From Gemmatimonadota bacterium (lineage in GTDB: Bacteria; Gemmatimonadota; Gemmatimonadetes; Palauibacterales; Palauibacteraceae), in contig JBDGWG010000001.1 of NCBI GenBank assembly GCA_039585235.1, forward strand, positions 1,022 to 65,021: a stretch of 64,000 nucleotides of DNA, given 5' to 3'. The notes under the pieces were generated by a model. That model worked only from the letters and a program-made list of their open reading frames with translations. It was not told the origin of the DNA and made no database searches. The number at the start of each line of letters is the position of its first letter. Position 1 is the first letter of the stretch. Below, piece by piece: positions 31,877-42,485 of this stretch. The translations under genes were made by a program, and so were the position numbers.

Positions 31877-34762
31877 ATGCTGACCTCCATTCGAGTTCGA
31901 GGCGCCCGGCAGAACAATCTCAAAGGTGTGGACGTCGAGATCCCCCACCGGGCGATGACCGTACTCACCGGGCCGAGCGGCTCCGGGAAGTCCAGCCTCG
32001 CGTTCGACACGGTGTACGCTGAAGGGCAGCGCAGGTACGTCGAGTCGCTCTCCACCTACGCGAAACAGTTCCTCGAGCGCATGCCGAAACCATCGGTGGA
32101 TTGGATCGACGGCGTGGCGCCGTCCGTGGCGATCGACCAGAGAAACACGGTGCAGACGAGTCGCTCGACGGTTGGAACCGTGACCGAGACGTACGATCAC
32201 ATGCGCCTCCTGTGGAGCCGGGTGGGACACACCATGTGTTCGGAATGCGGCGTGCGCGTTCTCCCCGACACCGTCCAGTCGGCTACGGACGAAATCCTGA
32301 ACCTCGGCGCGGGCACGCCCGTCTACGTGACCTTCCCGCTCGAAAGAAGCACCGGACTCACGCACGAGGCGGCGGTGGAGAACCTCCGGGCTCGCGGATA
32401 CGTGCGGGTCATGATCGACGGCGGCGAACACCACGTCGACGACCTGGACTATGGTGACGAGTCGATGCCGGCCAGCGCGTCCCGGCTCGATTCCGCCCGC
32501 GAAGTGCTCGTGGTCGTCGATCGGGTGTCCGTGGCGCACGAGACACGCGAGCGCCTGTCCGACTCGCTGGCCTCCGCGTTTGCCGAAGGGCACGGCCACG
32601 CCGAGGTCCTCGTCGTACGACGTACCGAGGACCAGCGTGTGGAGATCGGCCGACGCATCCCGTTCGCCGAGGGCTTTCGCTGTTCGGACTGCGGCCGCGA
32701 GTTTCCCGATCCGACGCCGATTCTGTTCAGCTTCAACCACCCCACGGGCGCCTGCCCGGAGTGTAACGGGTTCGGAGCCACGCTCGAGTACGCGGTCGAC
32801 CTCATAGTGCCCGACACAGGCCGCTCGCTGGCGGACGGCGCGCTGGACCCGTGGACCAAGCCCCGCTACTACCGCGAGGCAGCCGAGGTCCTGGACCTCG
32901 CCGTGCGCCGGGGAGTCGGCCCGACCGTTCCGTGGATCGAGTTGCCGGAGTCCTTCCGCGACGAGCTGCTCCACGGGGCGCCGGACTTCATCGGGATGGT
33001 CCCGTTCCTTCGTTCACGAGAGCGGAAACGATATAAGCAGTACATCCGCGTCTTCCTGCGTCAGTACCAGCTCCCGAAAACCTGTCGGGCGTGCGGCGGG
33101 GCGCGACTGCAGCCCGAGGCGCTGCACGTCCGGGTGGGCGAGCTCAGTATCGCCCGGGCGGCGGCCCTGTCCGTGGACGGGCTGAGAGAGTGGCTGGCGG
33201 AACTCGTCCTTTCCCCGTTCGAGGCGCGCGTCTCGGAGACCGTCGTGCGCGAGCTCACGGATCGGCTCGAATTCATGTCCGCGGTCGGCCTCGGATACGT
33301 GTCGTTGGATCGCCAGGCACGGACGCTGTCCGGCGGTGAAATGCAGCGAATCCGCCTGGCCAGCAGCCTGGGGAGCCGACTGGTGGACACTCTCTACGTG
33401 CTGGACGAGCCGACGATCGGGCTGCACGCCCGAGACGTGGAACGGTTCCTCACGGTGCTCCGAAAGTTGCGGGACAGGGGAAACACGGTGCTCGTGGTCG
33501 AGCACGAGACCTCCGTCATGCGTGAGGCCGACCGGATCCTCGAGCTGGGTCCCGGGGCGGGTGAGCACGGCGGAGAGCTCGTGTTCGACGGGTCGTATGT
33601 CGGCCTGGTGGCCGCCGACACCGCCACGGGACGGGCCCTGCGTGAGGGGGTGACCGCCGGTCGTCGGCCTCCCGGTCCGCCGGGAGCGTGGTTGCGGTTG
33701 GAAGGCGCGTCCTTGCACAACATCCGCGATCTCGACGTGCAGATCCCCCTGCAGCGGCTCACGGTAGTCACGGGTGTATCCGGCTCGGGGAAGTCGACCC
33801 TGGTTCACGACGTGTTGTACCGGGCCCTGGAGAGGACGCTTCACGGCGGCTCATCGGCCCGGCGTCACCTGGGCGAAGCGTCCGGGGAGTGGCGGTCCCT
33901 GCGCGGGGCGGAGCTTCTCGAGGAAGCCGTCCTCGTCGATCAGAGCCCTATCGGCCGCACGCCACGCTCGAACCCGATCACCTACATTAAGGCGTACGGC
34001 GAGATCCGACGCCTGTTCGCAGAGCAGACCGAGGCAAAGCGCCTTGGTTTCGGGGCCGGGCACTTCAGCTTCAACGTGGAAGGCGGACGGTGCGAGGCCT
34101 GCAAAGGGGCCGGCGAGGAGCTCGTGGAAATGGTGTTCCTGGCTGACGTGTCCATGCCCTGCGAGGTGTGCGAGGGTCGGCGCTTCAAGCCGGAGATCCT
34201 CGAAGTGCGGTTCCGCGGCCGCAGCATTCGGGATGTACTCGACCTGACGGTGGATGAAGCGATCCGGTTCTTCATCCGGCGCGACCGGCTCGGACAGGCG
34301 TTGTGGCAGCTTCAACGGGTCGGACTGGGCTATCTGCGCCTCGGACAGCCGGCGACCACGCTGTCGGGAGGTGAGGCGCAACGGCTCAAGGTGGCACGCG
34401 AGCTTGCCCGGAGGTCCTCCGGGAAACAACGCATCTACCTCATGGACGAACCGACGGTCGGACTGGGCCTCGGCGAGATCGAGAGACTGCTGGGAGTCCT
34501 TCGGCAACTGGTGGAAGCCGGTAACACCGTGGTACTGGTCGAGCACGACCTGGACGTGATTGCCGCCGCTGACTGGGTCGTGGATCTTGGCCCCGAAGCC
34601 GCGGACGAGGGCGGACGTGTCGTCGCGAGCGGGACGCCAGCGGACGTGATCGCGACACCGGGGTCGCACACCGGCCGCCATCTCGCCCGGCATCTAGCGA
34701 CGGTGCCGGCTGATCGGAGCGTCTCTTCCCGCGCCGCCGGTCCCGGCACTCGGGCCGGATGA
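31877..34762 (+). CDS. uvrA: Excinuclease ABC subunit A
   Basis: [65 protein letters not shown]. Two ABC ATPase modules, zinc-finger Cys pairs, and a second Walker [14 protein letters not shown]. Start at the internal ATG 31877; the ORF track's 31757 adds 40 non-conserved residues. Confidence 0.9.
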   Translation: MLTSIRVRGARQNNLKGVDVEIPHRAMTVLTGPSGSGKSSLAFDTVYAEGQRRYVESLSTYAKQFLERMPKPSVDWIDGVAPSVAIDQRNTVQTSRSTVGTVTETYDHMRLLWSRVGHTMCSECGVRVLPDTVQSATDEILNLGAGTPVYVTFPLERSTGLTHEAAVENLRARGYVRVMIDGGEHHVDDLDYGDESMPASASRLDSAREVLVVVDRVSVAHETRERLSDSLASAFAEGHGHAEVLVVRRTEDQRVEIGRRIPFAEGFRCSDCGREFPDPTPILFSFNHPTGACPECNGFGATLEYAVDLIVPDTGRSLADGALDPWTKPRYYREAAEVLDLAVRRGVGPTVPWIELPESFRDELLHGAPDFIGMVPFLRSRERKRYKQYIRVFLRQYQLPKTCRACGGARLQPEALHVRVGELSIARAAALSVDGLREWLAELVLSPFEARVSETVVRELTDRLEFMSAVGLGYVSLDRQARTLSGGEMQRIRLASSLGSRLVDTLYVLDEPTIGLHARDVERFLTVLRKLRDRGNTVLVVEHETSVMREADRILELGPGAGEHGGELVFDGSYVGLVAADTATGRALREGVTAGRRPPGPPGAWLRLEGASLHNIRDLDVQIPLQRLTVVTGVSGSGKSTLVHDVLYRALERTLHGGSSARRHLGEASGEWRSLRGAELLEEAVLVDQSPIGRTPRSNPITYIKAYGEIRRLFAEQTEAKRLGFGAGHFSFNVEGGRCEACKGAGEELVEMVFLADVSMPCEVCEGRRFKPEILEVRFRGRSIRDVLDLTVDEAIRFFIRRDRLGQALWQLQRVGLGYLRLGQPATTLSGGEAQRLKVARELARRSSGKQRIYLMDEPTVGLGLGEIERLLGVLRQLVEAGNTVVLVEHDLDVIAAADWVVDLGPEAADEGGRVVASGTPADVIATPGSHTGRHLARHLATVPADRSVSSRAAGPGTRAG

Positions 34763-35808
34763 GCTCAACAGTGCCCGGGGTCTCCGTGCTTCTTCCCTGC
34801 CGGGATGTCGCCGCCTGGCTGCCGGAGTGTATCGACAGCCTCGAGGCACAGTCACTTCGCGATTTCGAGGTGCTGGCAGTCAACGACGGCTCGACCGACG
34901 ACACCGGAGCCATCCTGCTTCGCTGGTCCGGCCTGGATGATCGGGTTCGGTATCTCGAGACCGCCGGATTGGCCGGGGCGGAAGTACCCGCGGGCGGCCT
35001 GGTGCCGGCGCTCAAACTGGCGGCTGCGGCCGCTCGTGCCCCGCTGCTGGCCCGAATGGATGGGGACGATGTCGCTGAACCCCGGCGCCTGGAGCTCCAG
35101 CGGGACCTCCTGGCTGCGCGCCGGGACCTCGCCGCGTGCGGCACCGCCGTCGAGCTGTTCCCACGTACCGAGGCAGGCGACGGTTACCAGCGATACGAGG
35201 CGTGGTTGAACGGGCTGGCCGGTCCCGAGGACCTGGCTCGCGACCTGTTCGTGGAGTGCCCGCTCGCCCACCCGACGCTGATGATCCGCCGCGCCGTGTT
35301 TTCGGCCCTCGGAGGCTACCGGGACCCGGGATGGCCGGAGGATTACGACCTGATCCTCCGGCTGCACGCGGCGGGGATGCGGGCCGCCAATCTGGACCGA
35401 CGGCTGCTGCGCTGGAGGGTACGACCGGATCGGCACTCGCTTTCGTCTGAGCGCTATACGGCGGCGGCGTTCCGGCGCTGCAAGGTCCACTTCCTCGACC
35501 GGGCCTTCCTCCCCGGCCGGCGCCCGATCGTCGTGTGGGGAGCGGGGAAGATGGGGAAGCCCCTGGCCCGGGAGCTCATCGAACAGGGACTCATGGTCTC
35601 GTCGTTCGTGGATCTCGACAGACGGAAGATCGGCCAGGAGATCCACGGCGCTCCCGTGCTGGACCCGGCCGGCTTCGAGGCCCTGCTCCAGGATACCGAT
35701 CCGTACGTTCTGGCGGCCGTCGGGTCGCCCGGAGCGCGCGCCGAGATCCGCGAGGCCCTGGACGCCCTTGGCCGGCGTGAGATCGACGACTACCGGATGT
35801 GCGCCTAG
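34759..35808 (+). CDS. Family 2 glycosyltransferase
   Basis: N-terminal GT-A fold: VSVLLPCRDVAAWLPECIDSLEAQSLRDFEVLAVNDGSTDDT...MDGDDV (DxD). The ATG overlaps the uvrA TGA (ATGA). Confidence 0.65.
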   Translation: MSSTVPGVSVLLPCRDVAAWLPECIDSLEAQSLRDFEVLAVNDGSTDDTGAILLRWSGLDDRVRYLETAGLAGAEVPAGGLVPALKLAAAAARAPLLARMDGDDVAEPRRLELQRDLLAARRDLAACGTAVELFPRTEAGDGYQRYEAWLNGLAGPEDLARDLFVECPLAHPTLMIRRAVFSALGGYRDPGWPEDYDLILRLHAAGMRAANLDRRLLRWRVRPDRHSLSSERYTAAAFRRCKVHFLDRAFLPGRRPIVVWGAGKMGKPLARELIEQGLMVSSFVDLDRRKIGQEIHGAPVLDPAGFEALLQDTDPYVLAAVGSPGARAEIREALDALGRREIDDYRMCA

Positions 35809-36033
35809 CTCTTCCAAGTCTTCTTCGCGCCCTCGCGCGGCCGCGGCTCAGCGGTCGCGCAAAGGGCCTCGATAGGCTATATTTTCAAGGTTATTCCAAG
35901 AATTCGGTGGCGATCCGAATACGCCGCCAGCCGGGGTCCGCGGCCGGGCTTGCCCGGCCGTCGTCACGACGAGGTGAAACGCCAAGAGTGAGCCTCGTCG
36001 GGGCTGCCGCAATCACTCTTCCAAGATGGACGC

Positions 36034-38571
36034 ATGGAAACGACTGAACGAACCGATCGGATTGAGCAGAGGCTGCTCGAAGACGAGATGAGAGAGTCGT
36101 TCATCGACTATTCGATGAGCGTCATCGTCCAGCGTGCGCTTCCCGACGTGCGCGACGGTCTGAAGCCCGTGCACCGACGCATTCTGTTCGCCATGCACGA
36201 GCTCGGCCTGTCTCCGAACCGGCCGTACAAGAAGAGCGCGACCGTCGTGGGTGACGTGCTGGGTAAGTATCACCCCCACGGTGACTCGGCAGTGTACGAC
36301 TCTCTCGTCCGCATGGTGCAGGACTTCTCGCTCCACTATCCACTGGTGGATGGACAGGGAAATTTCGGGTCGATCGACGGCGACGGAGCGGCGGCGTATC
36401 GGTACACGGAGGCCCGCCTGGCAGCACTCGCCGGTGAGATGCTGATCGACATCGACAAGGAGACAGTCGATTTCACGCCCAACTTCGACGATCGCCTGGA
36501 GGAACCGACCGTTCTCCCGTCGAGGCTGCCGAATCTTCTCGTGAACGGCTCTTCGGGCATCGCGGTGGGGATGGCCACCAACATCCCGCCCCACAATCTT
36601 CGCGAGATCGTCGCGGCGTGCGAGCGCATGATCGAGGATCCCGAAACGACGGTCGAGGACCTGCTCGAGTACGTGCCGGGACCCGATTTTCCGACCGGGG
36701 GGCTCGTATACGGGCGCACGGGAATTCGCGAGGCGTACACGACGGGACGGGGCCGTGTCGTGATGCGGGCGCGGGCCCACGTGGAGGAGCGACCGACCGG
36801 TGGCGAACGACTGATCGTCACCGAGATGCCCTTCATGGTGAACAAGTCCCGCCTCGTGGAGCAGATCGCCCAGCTCGTCCGGGACCGCCGGATCGAAGAC
36901 ATCTCGGACCTGAGAGACGAGTCGGCCCGTGACGGCATTCGCGTCGTCATCGACCTGAAGCGCGACGCGATCCCCGAGATCGTGCTCAACAAGCTGTACA
37001 AGCACACGCAGATGCAGAGCACGTTCGGTGTGATCATGCTGGCCCTCGTGGACGGGGTTCCGAGGGTCATGGACCTGAAGACCCTTCTCGGCCATTTCAT
37101 AGAACACCGGCACACGGTCGTGGTGCGGCGCACCGAGTACAGCCTCAGGGTAGCGCGCGAGCGCGAGCACATCCTCGAGGGGCTCAAGATAGCCGTAGAC
37201 AACATCGATGAGGTGGTGAAGATCATCCGTGGGTCCAAGACCACGGAGGAAGCGGCGGCCAACCTGCGTGAGCGGTTCGGCCTCAGTGAGAAGCAGTCCG
37301 AGGCCATTCTCGCGATGCGATTGTCCCGTCTCACGGGGCTGGAGATCGAGAAGCTGGAGGAAGAGCTCGAGGAGATCCGCGCGACGATCGAAGGTCTCGA
37401 GGCCCTCATGGCGTCCCGCGATGCGCGCATGACGACGGTGCGGGATGAATTGGTGGAGCTGGTGGCCCGCTACGGCGATGAGCGCCGGTCCGAGATCATC
37501 GACGCGGAGATCAGCTTCGACCCGGAAGACCTGATCGCCGACGAGCAGATGGTAATCACGATCAGTCACCAGGGCTATATCAAGCGTATCGCCCCGGCCG
37601 CATATCGCCAGCAGCGACGTGGCGGCCGCGGAATCGCCGGCATGGACACGAAGGAAGAGGACTGGGTCGAGCACCTGTTCCTCGCCTCCACGCACGACTA
37701 CCTGTGCGTCTTCACGGCGCGCGGCCAGGTATACTGGCTCAAGGTGCACGAGATTCCGCGCGCTTCCCGCACGTCGCGTGGCAAGCCGGTGGTCAACCTC
37801 CTCGACATCTCGAAGGACGAGAAGATCGCTTCGATCCTTCGGGTCCGAGAATTCGATCCCGACCGATCTGTGTTGTTCGCGACTCGCAGTGGCCAGGTGA
37901 AGAAGACTAGCCTGGCTGCGTACCGCCACGTGAGGGTGCGAGGAATCAACGCCATCAACATCGACGAGGGCGATCGCCTGATCGACGCGCGGCTCACGGA
38001 CGGAAACAACGACCTGATACTGGCGACGCGCAAGGGAATGGCCATCCGTTTCAGCGAGAAAGACGTGCGCGAGATGGGCCGCGCTGCCCGCGGCGTGCGA
38101 GGTATTCGCCTGAAGCCGGGTGACGAGGTCGTGGGAGCCGTTGTCGTTCGCGAGGGGGCCAGCCTCCTGACGGTCACGAGCCGTGGCGGAGGAAAGCGCA
38201 CGAAGGTGGAGGATTACCGGGTGCAGCGTCGCGGTGGTAAGGGGCTCATCAACTTCCGACTGACGGCGAAAACAGGAGAAGTGGTCGGCGTTCGAGAAGT
38301 GACGGACGACGACGAGCTGATGCTGGTGACCCGCGGGGGTGTCATCAACCGGCAGCCAGCCGGGCAGATCCGGGTGATCGGCCGGGCGACCCAGGGAGTC
38401 CGCGTCATCACGTTGGACGAGGGTGATGAGCTGATGGACATAGCCAAGGTCGCCACCGAATTGTACGAGGACATGGAGGACGGTGCCGAGGACACCGAAG
38501 TGGCGGTCATCGATGCCGCGGAAGTCGGGGGGGAGATCTCCGAGGCGCCGGAAGCGCAAACGGACGAGTAG
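36034..38571 (+). CDS. gyrA: DNA gyrase subunit A
   Basis: [34 protein letters not shown], the active-site Tyr region [10 protein letters not shown], six C-terminal beta-pinwheel repeats, and an acidic tail. Confidence 0.95.
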   Translation: METTERTDRIEQRLLEDEMRESFIDYSMSVIVQRALPDVRDGLKPVHRRILFAMHELGLSPNRPYKKSATVVGDVLGKYHPHGDSAVYDSLVRMVQDFSLHYPLVDGQGNFGSIDGDGAAAYRYTEARLAALAGEMLIDIDKETVDFTPNFDDRLEEPTVLPSRLPNLLVNGSSGIAVGMATNIPPHNLREIVAACERMIEDPETTVEDLLEYVPGPDFPTGGLVYGRTGIREAYTTGRGRVVMRARAHVEERPTGGERLIVTEMPFMVNKSRLVEQIAQLVRDRRIEDISDLRDESARDGIRVVIDLKRDAIPEIVLNKLYKHTQMQSTFGVIMLALVDGVPRVMDLKTLLGHFIEHRHTVVVRRTEYSLRVAREREHILEGLKIAVDNIDEVVKIIRGSKTTEEAAANLRERFGLSEKQSEAILAMRLSRLTGLEIEKLEEELEEIRATIEGLEALMASRDARMTTVRDELVELVARYGDERRSEIIDAEISFDPEDLIADEQMVITISHQGYIKRIAPAAYRQQRRGGRGIAGMDTKEEDWVEHLFLASTHDYLCVFTARGQVYWLKVHEIPRASRTSRGKPVVNLLDISKDEKIASILRVREFDPDRSVLFATRSGQVKKTSLAAYRHVRVRGINAINIDEGDRLIDARLTDGNNDLILATRKGMAIRFSEKDVREMGRAARGVRGIRLKPGDEVVGAVVVREGASLLTVTSRGGGKRTKVEDYRVQRRGGKGLINFRLTAKTGEVVGVREVTDDDELMLVTRGGVINRQPAGQIRVIGRATQGVRVITLDEGDELMDIAKVATELYEDMEDGAEDTEVAVIDAAEVGGEISEAPEAQTDE

Positions 38572-38580
38572 GGAGACTCC

Positions 38581-39624
38581 ATGCCTGCAGGCACGGGTCT
38601 GGTCACTCTGGATGAGATTCGCGCGGCGGCGCTCCGGATTCGGGGCGCCATCCGGCGCACGCCCCTGCTTCCCGCCGACCCGTCGGCGGGAGCGATCCCG
38701 GGGGCCGCATCCGACCTGTGGCTGAAGTGCGAGTGCCTGCAGTTCGCCGGGGCCTTCAAGCTTCGGGGCGCCTACAACTTTATCGCCTCTCTTGCGCCGG
38801 AAGCCCGAGAGGCCGGCGTGGTAACGTACTCGTCAGGAAACCACGCTCAGGGCGTGGCCTATGCGGCCCGCGCGTTCGGGGTACCCGCGATCGTCGTGAT
38901 GCCCGTGGATGCTCCCCTGGTCAAGGCCGCCGCGGTGCGGCGGCTCGGTGCTCGACTGGAGCAGGCCGGGCTCACCACCAACGAGCGCAAGGCACACGCA
39001 GAGGAACTTCTTGCCGAAGTCGGCGGCACCATGGTACCGCCGTTCGACCACCGCCATATCATCGCCGGGCAGGGTACGGTGGGTCTCGAGATCGTCGAGC
39101 AGCTCCGTGCGGCGTCGGAGCGGCGAGGTGAGGAAATCCGGGCGGCCAAGATCGTCGTTCCGATCGGCGGTGGAGGGCTCGTCTCGGGGGTGGCCGTGGC
39201 GATCCGGACGCTCGTTCCCGACGCGACGATCGTTGGAGTCGAGCCGGAGGGAGCGCCCAAGATGAGCCGGTCGCTGGACGCCGGTCAGCCCATCACCCTC
39301 GAGACCGTGGATACCATCGCCGACGGTCTGAAGCCCGTGCGGCCGGGCGACCTGACCTTCCAGCACACGCGGGATCTCGTGGAGCGCGTGACTACGGTGG
39401 ACGACGCGTCGATCCGTGATGCCGTGCTGTGGTGCCATCGGCAACGGCTCGTCGTCGAGCCGAGCGGCGCGGCGGCCATCGCGGCCATGGCTTCGGGAAG
39501 AGTGAAGCCTGCGAGCCGCGGCGCTACCGTCGCGGTCCTGTCGGGCGGCAACCTGGATCCGGCTATCCTGCACTCGTGGCTCGCGGACTCCGTCCGTGCC
39601 CGTGCCGATGGGGCGGCCGCGTGA
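38581..39624 (+). CDS. PLP-dependent threonine/serine dehydratase (threonine ammonia-lyase family)
   Basis: PLP lysine region ECLQFAGAFKLRGAYN; SGNHAQGVAYAA; glycine-rich PLP phosphate loop PIGGGGLVSGVAVA. 347 aa with no regulatory ACT domain. Confidence 0.8.
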   Translation: MPAGTGLVTLDEIRAAALRIRGAIRRTPLLPADPSAGAIPGAASDLWLKCECLQFAGAFKLRGAYNFIASLAPEAREAGVVTYSSGNHAQGVAYAARAFGVPAIVVMPVDAPLVKAAAVRRLGARLEQAGLTTNERKAHAEELLAEVGGTMVPPFDHRHIIAGQGTVGLEIVEQLRAASERRGEEIRAAKIVVPIGGGGLVSGVAVAIRTLVPDATIVGVEPEGAPKMSRSLDAGQPITLETVDTIADGLKPVRPGDLTFQHTRDLVERVTTVDDASIRDAVLWCHRQRLVVEPSGAAAIAAMASGRVKPASRGATVAVLSGGNLDPAILHSWLADSVRARADGAAA

Positions 39625-40367
39625 GCCACCCGCTCATTGCAGTTACCGCGCCTGTCCGGGACAGCGACATCGGGATGCCACGGGTTGTTCTGGAGGCGGG
39701 CTATCTTCAGGCTGTCCGGGTGGCCGGAGGTCTCCCGCTGGTACTCTCAGCACTGGATGACCCGGGGACGCGGGACCGCCTGTTCGACCTGGCGGCGGGA
39801 CTCATGCTGACGGGCGGAGAGGACGTGGACCCATCCCGGTATGACCAGGCCCCGGACGGAGCGCGCACGGTGTCCCCTGAACGGGATGCGATGGAGTTGG
39901 CCCTCCTGGAGCAGGCGCTCGCTCGCCGTGTGCCCGTGCTCGCGATCTGCCGCGGGATCCAGATTCTGAACGTGGCGCTGGGGGGCACACTATACCAGGA
40001 TCTGTTCACGCAGCGCGGCCAGGAGATCGATCACGACCGTTACCGTGAGTTCGACGGTCACATTCATACGGTCCGCACGGGTGATCCCTCTCTCCTGGCC
40101 GCTGTATTCGCGGTGGAGCAGTTCGTACAGAACTCGGCGCACCACCAGGGGATCCGAGATCTGTCGCCGGAACTTACGGCGGTGGCGTGGGCGCCGGACG
40201 GGCTGGTCGAGGCCGTCGAATACCGGGCTGCTGGATCGGCCTGGACGTGCGGGGTGCAGTGGCACCCGGAGCGCAAGATCGAGGAGACCACCGGCACGAA
40301 CGGCAGACTGTTCCGCGTGTTCGGCGAAGAAGTGCGGCAGGCGGCCCAGGCCGATCGGAGAGGTTGA
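39621..40367 (+). CDS. Class I glutamine amidotransferase-like hydrolase (gamma-glutamyl-GABA hydrolase/peptidase C26 family)
   Basis: Nucleophile elbow LAICRGIQILNVALGGTLYQDL and catalytic His region NSAHHQGI. GTG start overlaps the upstream TGA (GTGA). The ORF track's 39429 start is an out-of-context extension. Confidence 0.7.
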   Translation: MSHPLIAVTAPVRDSDIGMPRVVLEAGYLQAVRVAGGLPLVLSALDDPGTRDRLFDLAAGLMLTGGEDVDPSRYDQAPDGARTVSPERDAMELALLEQALARRVPVLAICRGIQILNVALGGTLYQDLFTQRGQEIDHDRYREFDGHIHTVRTGDPSLLAAVFAVEQFVQNSAHHQGIRDLSPELTAVAWAPDGLVEAVEYRAAGSAWTCGVQWHPERKIEETTGTNGRLFRVFGEEVRQAAQADRRG

Positions 40368-40370
40368 GAC

Positions 40371-41063
40371 TTGCGACTGGTTCTGTTCGACATCGATGGC
40401 ACGCTCGTGAACACGCTCGGCGCGGGCAAGGCGGCCCTCGAGTCGGCGATGCGGTCGGTGTACGGGGAAACCGGCCCCATCGACTCCTTCGACTTCCACG
40501 GAAGGACTGATCCGGCCATCGTGCGAGGCCTTCTTCGTGCGGCCGGACGGCGCGACGCTGAGATAGAGGCGGGCTTCGAGGCTACATGGGAGGCCTACCC
40601 GGGTATGCTGGGCCGCGAGCTGGTGGTCCGCGACGGTCGCGTTCATCCGTATCCCGGGGTTACGAAGCTCCTTGACGCGATCGAGGATGACGCGAGGTTC
40701 GCGCCGGGCCTCGTGACCGGTAATATGGAGGGCGGGGCGCGACGAAAGCTCGAGGCTTGCGGACTCGCCAGGCGGTTCGCCTTTGGAGCCTACGGCTCCG
40801 ACTCCGAACGGAGAGAGGACCTGCCCCCCATCGCGCGCGATCGGGCTGAGCGCCAGTATGGTCGTCCGTTCGGACTTCGCACGGCGATCGTAGTGGGTGA
40901 CACACCCGAGGACATCCGGTGCGCGCGAGCCAACGGCACCCGAGTGCTGGCGGTCTCGACTGGCCGCCACACCGTTGAGGAGCTGCGGGACCATGATCCC
41001 GACGTTGTGTTGGAGGACTTGAGCAACACCTCTCGAGTGATGCAGGTGCTGGCCGATGAGTAA
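40371..41063 (+). CDS. HAD-superfamily hydrolase (phosphoglycolate-phosphatase-like)
   Basis: Motif I LVLFDIDGTLV at the N-terminus (TTG start) and motif IV VVGDTPEDIRCARANG. Confidence 0.75.
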   Translation: MRLVLFDIDGTLVNTLGAGKAALESAMRSVYGETGPIDSFDFHGRTDPAIVRGLLRAAGRRDAEIEAGFEATWEAYPGMLGRELVVRDGRVHPYPGVTKLLDAIEDDARFAPGLVTGNMEGGARRKLEACGLARRFAFGAYGSDSERREDLPPIARDRAERQYGRPFGLRTAIVVGDTPEDIRCARANGTRVLAVSTGRHTVEELRDHDPDVVLEDLSNTSRVMQVLADE

Positions 41064-42465
41064 CAGTCAGTCGCTGATAACGGACGTGTTCGTCGAGGGA
41101 GAAGGCGTGCGCCGGGGCGCCCGCGTGACGGTAGCCGGTGTCGCGCTGCTGTGCGACGAGTTGATGGTCCCGTACGGCGAGGTGTTCTGGGTATCACGGC
41201 GCAGGGGCATGCTCCTGCTGTTCGCGGGTCGCGCGACCCTTGCCATCAAGGGCTCGTCCCAGGAGTTGGATCAGCTCTACAAGCTCCTCACAGAGCGTGT
41301 GGACTTGAGCGAGCTCCGCCGCAGCATCGTGAGACAGCTGGGTCACGAAGTCGTGCTCTTCACGGCCGGGTGCGCCGCGTCGGGCGAGGTCGATGGCGAG
41401 AAGGTCGGTGGTCTGTACGTGGCCGCGGTGACGCGCAGGGCGCTCTACCTCATCTCCGGTGACCGTCAGCTCACCGTGTCCTGGCCAGCCAGGGCGGCGA
41501 GCCGGCGGCCAGCAAAGAAGGCCGCTGACGGCGACCGGAGCGACGACTACCTGGTCGTCGGCCACAGCGGTACCTCTCTCACCGTTCGGTACCTGTTTCC
41601 CGAAGAACTCGGTGCCGTACTCTTCGCGGCTTCCCAGCAGCCGCCGCCGGGCCCCGAGAGCCGGTCCCTGGAGCTGTTCAGCCGCGGTGAAGTATCGCCG
41701 CCGCCCCAAGCCGAGCTCCCGCCCTTTTCGCTCGCCGCGGGCTCCTTGCACGAGGTAGCGGAGAGAGCGGCAGCCAACGTGCCGGGCGAGTTGCAGGTCA
41801 AGGTGGGAATGCGTGACTACTTCTTCGAGACGCATTTCCAGGAACTCGGTGAGATAGCGCTCGGCCCGCTCCTTCTGCGCAAGTCAGCCGCTGCCGGAGC
41901 GGACAGCCTCGAGAAGGCGATCGAGGCCATGAATTCGGGGGGGCTTCAGGAGGACACCCGGGCCGCGGTGGCAACGGCCGCGGATCGGCTGGCGAGCGTC
42001 TACGAGAGCGAACTCGAGCTGGTCGCCACATCCCGTGGCTTCAACCTCATCGGTGACAGGGGCCTGGCCCTCGGCTCCGCCGGCAGGGCTCTCCTCCTCG
42101 AGCGCATGCAGGGTCCGTTCGACCGGCTATGGGAGAGGTTCGGCGACCTGCGGCAGCAGGAGACCGAGCTGCGCGGTCGGATCGCCGAGCTGGAGGCCGG
42201 ACACCCGGACCAGGATGATTCGGTAATGCACGGCACGGCGGAGGAATGGCGCGCGTCGATGGTCCGGCTGGATCGAGGATATGAGGGGGCCTGGAGGGAG
42301 ATGGTAGAAGAAATCGAGCGCGCATGGTCGACCGATCTGTTACCGCGTCTGGAACGCGTCGGCCGAATCCAGAAGCCGCGTATCCCTGAGTGGGCTCAAC
42401 TCGCCGCCCTGGCCGCGGTCACCTTGCTGCTCGCGGCCATTCTGGTGTTCGTCCTCGGCCGTTGA
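41056..42465 (+). CDS. Hypothetical C-terminally TM-anchored protein with two N-terminal bacterial-PH-like repeats and coiled coil
   Basis: Two ~60-aa repeats (…YGEVFWVSRRRGMLLLFAGRATLAIK / …GEKVGGLYVAAVTRRALYLISGDRQLTVSW), a long helical E/R-rich region, and a terminal TM helix LAALAAVTLLLAAILVFVL. No recognisable catalytic motif. Confidence 0.45.
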   Translation: MSNSQSLITDVFVEGEGVRRGARVTVAGVALLCDELMVPYGEVFWVSRRRGMLLLFAGRATLAIKGSSQELDQLYKLLTERVDLSELRRSIVRQLGHEVVLFTAGCAASGEVDGEKVGGLYVAAVTRRALYLISGDRQLTVSWPARAASRRPAKKAADGDRSDDYLVVGHSGTSLTVRYLFPEELGAVLFAASQQPPPGPESRSLELFSRGEVSPPPQAELPPFSLAAGSLHEVAERAAANVPGELQVKVGMRDYFFETHFQELGEIALGPLLLRKSAAAGADSLEKAIEAMNSGGLQEDTRAAVATAADRLASVYESELELVATSRGFNLIGDRGLALGSAGRALLLERMQGPFDRLWERFGDLRQQETELRGRIAELEAGHPDQDDSVMHGTAEEWRASMVRLDRGYEGAWREMVEEIERAWSTDLLPRLERVGRIQKPRIPEWAQLAALAAVTLLLAAILVFVLGR

Positions 42466-42485
42466 TTCGGGCTTGCCCGGACCTG

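Noticed and set aside
29913-31883. 656-aa plus-strand ORF
   Set aside because: Antisense to the MsbA-like ABC transporter, whose Walker A/B and signature motifs are clear on the minus strand.
36013-38559. 848-aa minus-strand ORF
   Set aside because: Antisense to gyrA.
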